Below, piece by piece: positions 25,941-33,359 of a stretch of DNA of 64,000 bases. How positions within the stretch are numbered: the first letter of the stretch is position 1; each line of letters opens with the position of its first letter. The stretch is from NCBI GenBank assembly GCA_963769665.1, contig CAVYMQ010000002.1, positions 42,478 to 106,477 of the forward strand. Reading direction: 5' to 3'. Source of the stretch: an uncultured Actinomycetes bacterium. Lineage in GTDB: Bacteria; Actinomycetota; Thermoleophilia; Gaiellales; Gaiellaceae. The notes beneath the pieces are model-generated. The model did no database searches, was not told the origin of the DNA, and saw only the letters and a list, made by a program, of their open reading frames with translations. The translations under genes and the position numbers were made by a program.

Positions 25941-28751
25941 ATGCGGCCCCCCGCCCTGACGTTGACCGGGGGCGTCCCCGGGGGGAGACTTAGGCCCCGC
26001 TCACCGGGGGTCACCCACCTGTCTCATTTGCTCGAATTCCGAGTCCTCGGCCCGCTCGGGGTCGCGCGTGGCGCCGAGGAGCTCCAGCTCCCGGGCCGCA
26101 AGCCTCGCGCCCTGCTTGCGTACCTGCTGTTGCATGCGAACGAGACCCTCTCCCGCGATCGCCTGATCGACGCGCTCTGGGGCGAAGAGCCGCCGCAGAC
26201 AGCAGCGAACGCACTGCAGGTGCACGTCCATGCGCTGCGTCGCGCGCTCGGCAGGGATCGACTGGTGACCCACGGCTCGGGTTACACGGTCCGCGTCCAC
26301 GAAGGTGAGCTCGATCTCCATCGGTTTCTCGATCTGTTCGCCCGCGGCACGGCGGCGCTCGGCGACGGTCGGCTCGAGGAGGCGGATCGCCTGCTTGCCG
26401 ACGCGCTCGCGCTCTTTCGCGGTCACCCCCTCGGGGAGTTCGCCGCGGAACCGTTCGCCTCGGCAGAGCTCGGACGTCTCGAGGAGTTGCAGTTGGCGGC
26501 TCGTGAACGTCGCCTCGAAGCGGCCGTTGAGCTCGGCCGACACGCTGACGCGCTCGGCGAGCTCGAGACGCTCGTCCGCGAACAGCCCCTGCGGGAAGGC
26601 GCGCGTGCTCTCCAGATGCTCGCCCTCTACCGCTCGGGCCGGCAAGCCGAAGCGCTCGGGGCCTACGCCGAAGCCCGGCGGGTGCTCGTGGACGAGCTCG
26701 GACTCGAGCCGGGACGTGCGCTGCAGGAGCTCGAAGGACGGATCCTGCGCCACGATCCCTCGCTCGACGCGACACGGCCGCGAACAGCGCACGGATCCCT
26801 GCCGGTCCCCGCCTCGCCGCTCATCGGTCGCGAGCTCGAGCTCGCCGCGACCGCCGCGCTGCTGCGCCGCGACGATGTCCGACTGTTGACGCTCTGCGGT
26901 CCCGGCGGCACCGGCAAGACGCGACTCGCGCTGGCGCTGGCGCATGAGCTCCAGTCCGCGTTCGCGGACGGTGCCGCCTTCGTCGACCTTGCCCCCGTGG
27001 AGGACGACGTCCTCGTCCCGGGTGCCGTCGCCGCGGCGCTCGACGTGACCCGAGCGCCCGGCCGCTCTCTGCACGAGTCGATCGCGGAGGCGGTGCGATC
27101 GTCGCGCCTCCTCGTCGTGATCGACAACTTCGAGCACGTGCTCGGCGCCGCGACGCTGGTGTCGGACTTGCTCGCGGCAGGATCCGGGATCAGCGTGGTC
27201 GTGACGAGTCGCGCTCGTTTGCGACTTGCAGGGGAGTACGCCTACGACGTGCCGCCGCTCGCCGAAGACGATGCCGTCCGCCTCTTCGTCACCCGTGCGC
27301 AAGCGGCGGACCGCGCGTTCGAGCTCACCGAGACCAACACGGAGGCAGTGAGAGCGATCTGCCGCGGCGTCGACGGGCTGCCTCTGGGCATCGAGCTTGC
27401 GGCGGCGCGAAGCCGGCTGTTTCCAGCGGAGGTCTTGGCCGCCCGGCTCGGCAGTCGGCTGTCGCTCCTGACCACGGGCACACGCGACGCGCCCGCGCGT
27501 CAGCAGACCCTCCGCGCGACGATCGACTGGAGCTACCGGCTCCTCGAGCCAGAGGTGCGTCGAGCGTTCGCGCGCTTCGGCGTCTTCGCCGGCGGCTGCA
27601 CGATCGACGCGGCGGAGGTGGTCTGTGACGCGGACGTCGAGTCAGTGGCGACCCTCGTCGAGAGCAGCCTCGTGCAGCGAGCCGGCGAGCGGCTCACGCT
27701 CCTCGAAACGGTGCGCCATTACGCGCTCGAACGTCTCGACGAGGAAGGCGCCGAAGCACGCCGCGCGCACGCCGAGTACTTCGTCGCGTTCGCCGAGCGC
27801 GCTGAGCCTCACGAGACGGCGTCGCTCGAGAAGCTCGAGCACGAGCACGACAATCTTCGAGCCGCTCTCGCGTTCGCGCGGCAGCACGGCCCGGCCGAAC
27901 TGCAACTGCGGCTGTGCAACGCCCTCTGGCTGCTCTGGTACGTCCGCGGCTTCCTCGCGGAGGGGCGCAACGAGTTCCAGGCAGCGCTGGCCAGTGGATT
28001 GGGCGGACCCGTCCTCCGTGCCGAGGCCCTGAGGGCCGCCGCCGTGCTCGCCTGGGCTCAGGGCGACCTCGACCGCGCGGAGGCCGACGTCGAGGAAAGC
28101 ATTCCGCTGTACCGCGCGCTCGGCGACGATGCCGGTCTCGCCGGATCGCTCATCACGGCGGGACTGATCGCTCAGGACCGCGGCGAACTCGCACTCGCAA
28201 AGGAACGGCACGAAGAGTCGCGCCAGCTCGCAGAGGCCGCTGGTCACCGCCGCCGAGAAGGGGCCGCCCTGGCCAACCTCGGTGACGTTGCACTCCTCGA
28301 CGGCGACATCGCCGGAGCGTGGGATCTGTACCGCCGGAGCGAGGCCGTCTGCGCGACCGCCGGTGACGACCGCGGCCGCGCAATCGCGCTCATGTCGTTC
28401 GGGATCCTCTCCCTCCGTGCGGAGCGAGACGTGCCGGCCGCGCGGCGATGGTTCCGCGAGAGTCTTGAAGTCTTCGCGAGGATCGGCCATACCGAGCGGG
28501 TAGTGAGCTCCCTCACAGGACTCGCTGCCGCGACCGCCCCGACGGACGCCGAGCTCGCCGCGCGGATGCTCGGCGCGGCGGCCGGCCTGCGTGCCGCCAT
28601 GGGCCTCCGCATCGAGGCGTGGTGGGAGCAGCCCGTAATCGATGAGGCGACTGCAGCACTGGAACAGGAACTCGGCGACGCGTTCGCCGCTGCGACTGCT
28701 GCCGGGCGAGCGATGCCGGAGGAGACCATGCGCGACGCGCTCGCGTCCTGA
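25941..28751 (+). CDS. SARP/BTAD-family transcriptional regulator fused to STAND NTPase and TPR repeats (AfsR-like)
   Basis: N-terminal winged-helix/BTAD ([11 protein letters not shown]...LLAYLLL...[12 protein letters not shown] helices), P-loop [21 protein letters not shown] and a TPR tail. The start may be TTG 26028. Confidence 0.9.
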   Translation: MRPPALTLTGGVPGGRLRPRSPGVTHLSHLLEFRVLGPLGVARGAEELQLPGRKPRALLAYLLLHANETLSRDRLIDALWGEEPPQTAANALQVHVHALRRALGRDRLVTHGSGYTVRVHEGELDLHRFLDLFARGTAALGDGRLEEADRLLADALALFRGHPLGEFAAEPFASAELGRLEELQLAARERRLEAAVELGRHADALGELETLVREQPLREGARALQMLALYRSGRQAEALGAYAEARRVLVDELGLEPGRALQELEGRILRHDPSLDATRPRTAHGSLPVPASPLIGRELELAATAALLRRDDVRLLTLCGPGGTGKTRLALALAHELQSAFADGAAFVDLAPVEDDVLVPGAVAAALDVTRAPGRSLHESIAEAVRSSRLLVVIDNFEHVLGAATLVSDLLAAGSGISVVVTSRARLRLAGEYAYDVPPLAEDDAVRLFVTRAQAADRAFELTETNTEAVRAICRGVDGLPLGIELAAARSRLFPAEVLAARLGSRLSLLTTGTRDAPARQQTLRATIDWSYRLLEPEVRRAFARFGVFAGGCTIDAAEVVCDADVESVATLVESSLVQRAGERLTLLETVRHYALERLDEEGAEARRAHAEYFVAFAERAEPHETASLEKLEHEHDNLRAALAFARQHGPAELQLRLCNALWLLWYVRGFLAEGRNEFQAALASGLGGPVLRAEALRAAAVLAWAQGDLDRAEADVEESIPLYRALGDDAGLAGSLITAGLIAQDRGELALAKERHEESRQLAEAAGHRRREGAALANLGDVALLDGDIAGAWDLYRRSEAVCATAGDDRGRAIALMSFGILSLRAERDVPAARRWFRESLEVFARIGHTERVVSSLTGLAAATAPTDAELAARMLGAAAGLRAAMGLRIEAWWEQPVIDEATAALEQELGDAFAAATAAGRAMPEETMRDALAS

Positions 28752-28765
28752 CTCGCGACGGCCCG

Positions 28766-28850
28766 ACGGTTGTACTACCGAATGCTCGACACGAAAGTTG
28801 CACGTCTTACGTTTGACCGTGAGGAGGGGGGTGTTCGGCTCAACCTCCCG
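28766..28850 (+). repeat. degenerate, internally shortened copy of the tRNA-half element
   Basis: GACGGTTGTACTACCGAATGCTCGACACGAAAG resembles the 5' module of copy 1. About 25 nt later, GAGGAGGGGGGTGTTCGGCTCAACCTCC resembles AGGAGG...GTTCGrGCyC...CTCC of the tRNA half. Confidence 0.4.
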
Positions 28851-29022
28851 CCGCGGTCGATCGGGCATGGGATCAACTCCGTGTTCCACGCGACGCACCG
28901 CCAGAACTTCCTCGTGCCGCCGCGTGCGCACCGCTCCTTCCCTCTGTCTGAATTGCGATCGTAGCGGCGCGTTCTCGCGAGGTGTCCACGGCCCCGACAT
29001 CGCCTCGTCAGGGCAGCACGCG

Positions 29023-29174
29023 TCGATCTACCGTCCGTGCTACCGAACTGAGTGAATTTCATGTCATCCGGGCGCAGCGAACGTGGCTCAATGACGCCCA
29101 ATCTGTACAACGTGAGGTCGTTCGGCCGATATCGCACCCAGGAGGTCGCCGGTTCGAGCCCGGCTGGCTCCACC
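29023..29174 (+). repeat. tRNA-Ala(CGC) 3'-half-containing 150-nt element, copy 3
   Basis: 5' module TCGATCTACCGTCCGTGCTACCGAACTGAGTGAA. The 3' 43 nt are identical to copy 1. It is followed by an AACCC...GGGTT hairpin and CTGTTGT. Confidence 0.85.
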
Positions 29175-29476
29175 TCAACCCCTGCTTCCGCGTGGGTTCT
29201 GTTGTCCCCGGTGGCGACACTACGCGACGCAGCAAATGGCGGGACCTCGTCGACGGCTGGGAGTTCGACTCCTGCGCTTGTACCGGGCCCGCCGAAGGCG
29301 CACACTGTGGGCGTCACGCGGTATCGGATGGGAGGGGGCGATGCGAAACGCACTTGTCTTCGTGGCGTCGGTGGCAGTCGCAGCAGTGTTCGTCCGGGTC
29401 TATGCGCACGAGATCTACACGCTGCGTCCCCCTCAGCGGTAGGTATTCCGTGTGGTAGGCCCGGTCGGCCGTAGCG

Positions 29477-29785
29477 GTGCCGGAGTCGCCGGCGCGCCCG
29501 GCGGAGGCGCCGTCGTCAACATCCACACGAACGGACTGCGATGCCGTCCCCGGGACATATCAGGTCTCGCTGAACGTGTTCCCGACGAGCATGAATTGTA
29601 CGGGCGCGACCTTCGCGGTTCCGACTGCGACGATCACCACGAATGCGATCGGAAACGGCTTGGCCGACTTCAAGTTCACCCCTGCGGACGTGGCGGCGTT
29701 CCGCGGCATGACGTTCAGCATCAACTGGACGGTTGTCGGGCCTGCGACGTACAAGACCGCCTGCACGGTCGTCGCCCTCGACTGA
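29477..29785 (+). CDS. small Cys-containing hypothetical protein
   Basis: Clear high-GC3 coding signal from about 29530. There are four Cys and a beta-rich sequence. The GTG start is uncertain. A separate signal-peptide-like mini-ORF lies upstream at 29341..29442. Confidence 0.5.
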   Translation: MPESPARPAEAPSSTSTRTDCDAVPGTYQVSLNVFPTSMNCTGATFAVPTATITTNAIGNGLADFKFTPADVAAFRGMTFSINWTVVGPATYKTACTVVALD

Positions 29786-29965
29786 TCACACCGCGACGGG
29801 CCGGAATCGGCGTCGATTTCGGCCCGTGTAGCGCCGAGAGACCGAGCGGGCTTGGGCGCGTGGACAACTCGCGTGAAGATGCGCTTTCCAGGACGAAGGG
29901 GCGCGCCAACTGCGCGTGGAGGGAAAAGCGGTGAACCTCGTTGCACGAATAGTTCTGCGTAACTC

Positions 29966-29994
29966 TTGACGCGCCGCTCGCAGAAGTGCACAAT
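29966..29994 (+). promoter_or_regulatory. sigma70-like promoter candidate
   Basis: TTGACG, 17 nt, then CACAAT, in a locally low-GC stretch. AAAGGAGG lies about 25 nt downstream. Confidence 0.35.
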
Positions 29995-30255
29995 GCTTCG
30001 TTCACGTTCCGCACACGAAAGGAGGTCAGCTTTGAATTTCGATCCACTTAATGCGAGCTGGCCTCTCGGTGCGGACACGGTCCGCGGCTAAGACCCAGCG
30101 CGCCACACAGAGTCCTGCTCGTCGGTAAAACCTGCCGGTGCAGCAGCCAGCCGCCGCACGTCACGCGTGCGGCCGACAGAAGGGAGACGCGTCCGTGGGA
30201 CGCCTGTTCCGTGCATCGCCAAACGCCCCTGCGACCAATGTGGAGAGGAGGAAGC

Positions 30256-30432
30256 ATGTATTACGAAGAGCTCGAACAGCGGACCCGTGATCACCGCAGC
30301 CAGCTGATGCGCGAGGCTGAGCAGGCGCGGCTGCGGGCGGCATCACGGACGCAGCGCCAGTGGCGCCGATCTCGCGCGTTGGCCGCAACGCTCCAGCTGC
30401 TCCACTCGCGTAGGACGTCGGCGCACGCGTGA
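30256..30432 (+). CDS. 58-aa hypothetical protein (charged helical, REAEQARL type)
   Basis: Strong SD GGAGAGGAGGAAGC before ATG 30256. The sequence is MYYEELEQRTRDHRSQLMREAEQARLRAASRTQRQW... and is followed by a strong hairpin. Confidence 0.5.
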   Translation: MYYEELEQRTRDHRSQLMREAEQARLRAASRTQRQWRRSRALAATLQLLHSRRTSAHA

Positions 30433-30443
30433 CCGGCACGTCA

Positions 30444-30476
30444 AGAGGGGCGCCCGCTCTCGAGCGGCGCCCCTCT
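30444..30476 (+). terminator. strong hairpin after the 58-aa ORF
   Basis: AGAGGGGCGCC...GGCGCCCCTCT forms an 11-bp perfect stem. There is no clear T tract. Confidence 0.5.
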
Positions 30477-30480
30477 AAGT

Positions 30481-30539
30481 GACGCCGTTCGATTGATATC
30501 GCACCCAGGAGGTCGCCGGTTCGAGCCCGGCTGGCTCCA
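30481..30539 (+). repeat. tRNA-Ala(CGC) 3'-half element, copy 4 (3' part only)
   Basis: GACGCCGTTCGATTGATATCGCACCCAGGAGGTCGCCGGTTCGAGCCCGGCTGGCTCCA. Identity to the other copies stops at the discriminator A, and the 5' module is absent. Confidence 0.85.
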
Positions 30540-30704
30540 TTCCTCAGACGCGCAGGGCTGGTCGCTGGCCCGAGCCTCCCCTCCGTTAACCATATGGACA
30601 ACGGCGACAGGCGACCGCGCGCCCGTAGTTTCTCGAATCGGATGGGGGGTAGGCAGCGCCTGTCGTGAACACGACGAACGGTTCGCTCAACCGAGGAGGA
30701 TCTC

Positions 30705-30872
30705 TTGGAGAAAGACGAGCATCACGATCGCGACCCTGACCCAGTCGACCCCGAGGACGCCGACCCCGGCATCGCCGGCGGCGGTGGTCCAGCCGCGGTC
30801 ATCTACGGCGAGGACGAGGAGTCCGAGGAGCACGGCGATCGTCTGGCGCAAGATCCGGACGACAGCGTCTGA
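30705..30872 (+). CDS. possible 55-aa highly acidic protein
   Basis: SD GAGGAGGA 5 nt before TTG 30705. The product is D/E-rich. The antisense ORF 30687..30881 has equally good GC3, so the call is ambiguous. Confidence 0.25.
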   Translation: MEKDEHHDRDPDPVDPEDADPGIAGGGGPAAVIYGEDEESEEHGDRLAQDPDDSV

Positions 30873-30905
30873 CCCCGGCATCGGCCCACCAGCTCACCGG
30901 TTAAC

Positions 30906-32009
30906 GTGAAAGCGCGCCGGGGGAAGGTGCTCTGCCTCGTCTTGGCCGGCGGCGAGGGCGGGCGGTTGGGAAGACTCACGGATGGCCGCGCAAAGCCTGC
31001 GCTGCCGTTCGGGGGCGTCTACCGCCTGATCGACTTCCCCCTCTCCAACTGTCACCACAGTCGCATCTCCGACGTGTGGGTGATCCAGCAGTACGAGGCG
31101 CACACGCTCTCGGAACACCTCGCCAACGGCCGCCCATGGGATCTCGACCGGACATGGGGTGGGATGCGCGTCGTGCATCCGACGACTGGGGATGAGGAAA
31201 GCGGCTTCTACGAGGGGAACGCCGACGCAATCAACCGCAATCGCGCGGCGATCGAGAGGTTCGACCCGGAGCTCCTGCTCGTGCTCAGCGCGGACGCCGT
31301 CTACCAGTTGGACTACTCGGACGTGCTCGAACGCCACCGTGAGCGAGGCGCTGAGGCGACCGCTGTCACAACTGTGAAGTCACCTGACGAAGCCTCCCGT
31401 CTCGGAACCGTCGCTGTCGACAGTGACGGGAGAGTCACCGCGTTCGAGTACAAGCCAACGCAGCCGCAGAGCGAGATCGTTACCACCGAGGTATTCGTCT
31501 ACGACGCGAAGGCGCTTCTTCGCACGCTTGCCGAAATCGAGGCGGAAGGCGAGACGCTCTCCGACTTCGGCCATGCGCTTCTGCCCCGCTTGGTCGATCG
31601 GGGCAACACCTGGGCCGTCGACCTCGGGGGCTACTGGCGCGATGTCGGCACTCTCGAAAGCTATTGGCAAGCGCACATGGACCTTCTGGAACCGGAGCCG
31701 CCGTTGCGGCTCGACGATCGCGAGTGGCCGATTCTCACGCGGGCGTCCCAACGCCCACCCGCGCGAATTGAGGCGTCAGCCAGAGTTCAGAGCAGCCTCA
31801 TCTCACCGGGCTGCACTGTTCAGGGTCGAGTCTCGCGCTCGGTGCTCGGGCGGGGAGTTGTTGTCCCGGCAGGGGTGGAGGTCATCGACTCGGTCGTGCT
31901 TGGCGACTCGGTGATCGATGCCAACATCGAACGAGTCATCGTCGACGAAGGGGCCGACGTCGTTGTGGAAACCACGGGTGGAAAGGACGAGCCGGCAGTC
32001 ATTGCGTGA
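30906..32009 (+). CDS. glgC: glucose-1-phosphate adenylyltransferase
   Basis: LAGGEGGRLGRLT...KPALPFGG.YRLIDF.LSN motif, and a left-handed beta-helix-like C-terminal region. Confidence 0.85.
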   Translation: MKARRGKVLCLVLAGGEGGRLGRLTDGRAKPALPFGGVYRLIDFPLSNCHHSRISDVWVIQQYEAHTLSEHLANGRPWDLDRTWGGMRVVHPTTGDEESGFYEGNADAINRNRAAIERFDPELLLVLSADAVYQLDYSDVLERHRERGAEATAVTTVKSPDEASRLGTVAVDSDGRVTAFEYKPTQPQSEIVTTEVFVYDAKALLRTLAEIEAEGETLSDFGHALLPRLVDRGNTWAVDLGGYWRDVGTLESYWQAHMDLLEPEPPLRLDDREWPILTRASQRPPARIEASARVQSSLISPGCTVQGRVSRSVLGRGVVVPAGVEVIDSVVLGDSVIDANIERVIVDEGADVVVETTGGKDEPAVIA

Positions 32010-32073
32010 CGAGCGGTTAAGAATCCGCCCGATCGGACAACACTCCGGGGCTCATTCGTTCTAAGGGGGGACG

Positions 32074-33222
32074 ATGGACAAGAGTCGGCCGCGTGGCCGC
32101 AGTAGCGCCCGGGTTCTCGCGTTGTTCGCCGTGCTCGGGCTGGCGCTCGTCTTTTCCGTAGGGATCGTTACGGCGAGCCCTGGCGAGCAGTACTCGGGGC
32201 CGCACTTCGGCGCCGACAACTTCCCGGCCGGGTGCATCCGGGACATGTCGCCAACCAACCCGGAGAACATCTGCCATCACATGCGCACCAACCTCAACGC
32301 GCTCGACTCACCCAAGGTCGACGTGCTGGTGATGGTTCCGGTCTCACCGACCGTGGAGCGCGACATTCGGATCATGCGCCAATCGGTCGAGATGTGGGAA
32401 GGCGGTATCGACTACCTCGCGGGTCAGATGGGGCTCGGATGGCTCGCCGCGGGCATGGACTTTCACATCACCGTCGACCGCGTCGACCTCGCGGGTGACG
32501 GCGGCGAGTTCACCACGTACCCGATCGTGGACCCGGAGATCGTCGTGATCGCGACGAACCCCGTCGGCGGCATCGGCATCGGCGTCGACCCGATTCCGCT
32601 CGTGTTCACCGACGAGAACCTCGTGCCCTGCCACAACGTGGCGAACCCGTTCGACTTCGAGTACTGGGAGAACCTCCCGGGCTTCAACGATCACCATAGG
32701 GAGCGCAGCGGGACCTACGTCGAGGACTGCGGCGGCGCCGGCGGAAACATCTGCTTCGCGATCAACGGCGCGATCGACCCGGTGCCCGGGCAGATCGACG
32801 TCTTCAATCTCTTCGACCTCGTTTCGCACGAGTTCGGGCACTGCCTCACGCTCGGCCACGTCGGCGACGGCGCCGAAGGCGAATGGGGCGTCGTCCCGAC
32901 CAACGACATCATGGCGTACAGCGCCGATCCGCCCGGGCTGAACAAGTGCGTGTCGACCCTCGACGTCGAGGGTGTGGCCATCCGCATGAGCAATTACCTC
33001 GACGTGAACGCCGACGGGAGGGTCGACGGCGCCGACCGCCTGCTCGCCAACGATCAGATCGGCGAGGGCGGGAACCCGTTCCAGATCCAGCACCCGGGCG
33101 ACCACCTCTACGCGTCGAGCAGCGGGTCCCCTCTCGCCTGTCCCCAGCCTGACCTGGGGCTCCTGCCGGGACGGCGCACGAACTGGGAGCCGACGCCGGT
33201 CGCGTCGACACTGAAGCGCTAG
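32074..33222 (+). CDS. secreted zinc metalloprotease (HExxH...H, metzincin-like)
   Basis: Signal peptide RVLALFAVLGLALVFSVGIVTASP and zinc site HEFGHCLTLGH. Confidence 0.75.
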   Translation: MDKSRPRGRSSARVLALFAVLGLALVFSVGIVTASPGEQYSGPHFGADNFPAGCIRDMSPTNPENICHHMRTNLNALDSPKVDVLVMVPVSPTVERDIRIMRQSVEMWEGGIDYLAGQMGLGWLAAGMDFHITVDRVDLAGDGGEFTTYPIVDPEIVVIATNPVGGIGIGVDPIPLVFTDENLVPCHNVANPFDFEYWENLPGFNDHHRERSGTYVEDCGGAGGNICFAINGAIDPVPGQIDVFNLFDLVSHEFGHCLTLGHVGDGAEGEWGVVPTNDIMAYSADPPGLNKCVSTLDVEGVAIRMSNYLDVNADGRVDGADRLLANDQIGEGGNPFQIQHPGDHLYASSSGSPLACPQPDLGLLPGRRTNWEPTPVASTLKR

Positions 33223-33234
33223 CGGGGTCGCGTC

Positions 33235-33276
33235 AACGGCGAGCTCGACCGTTCGAGGGTCGAGCTCGCCGTTTCG
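33235..33276 (+). terminator. intrinsic terminator after protease gene
   Basis: Perfect 16-bp inverted repeat AACGGCGAGCTCGACC / GGTCGAGCTCGCCGTT with a 7-nt loop, ending in GTTT. Confidence 0.7.
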
Positions 33277-33359
33277 CCTAAGCTCCCGGTGTCGGGGTCT
33301 GAGGGGGTCCGGTCCTGCCGCATCACAGACGGTACGAGCTCGTTCTGATCACGGTCGTC

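Noticed and set aside
2365-29022. Calling the repeat-bounded segments classical genomic islands or prophages.
   Set aside because: No integrase, excisionase, transposase, conjugation or phage structural gene could be recognised in any frame, and most genes have host-like GC3. I kept this only as one hypothesis under the repeat finding.
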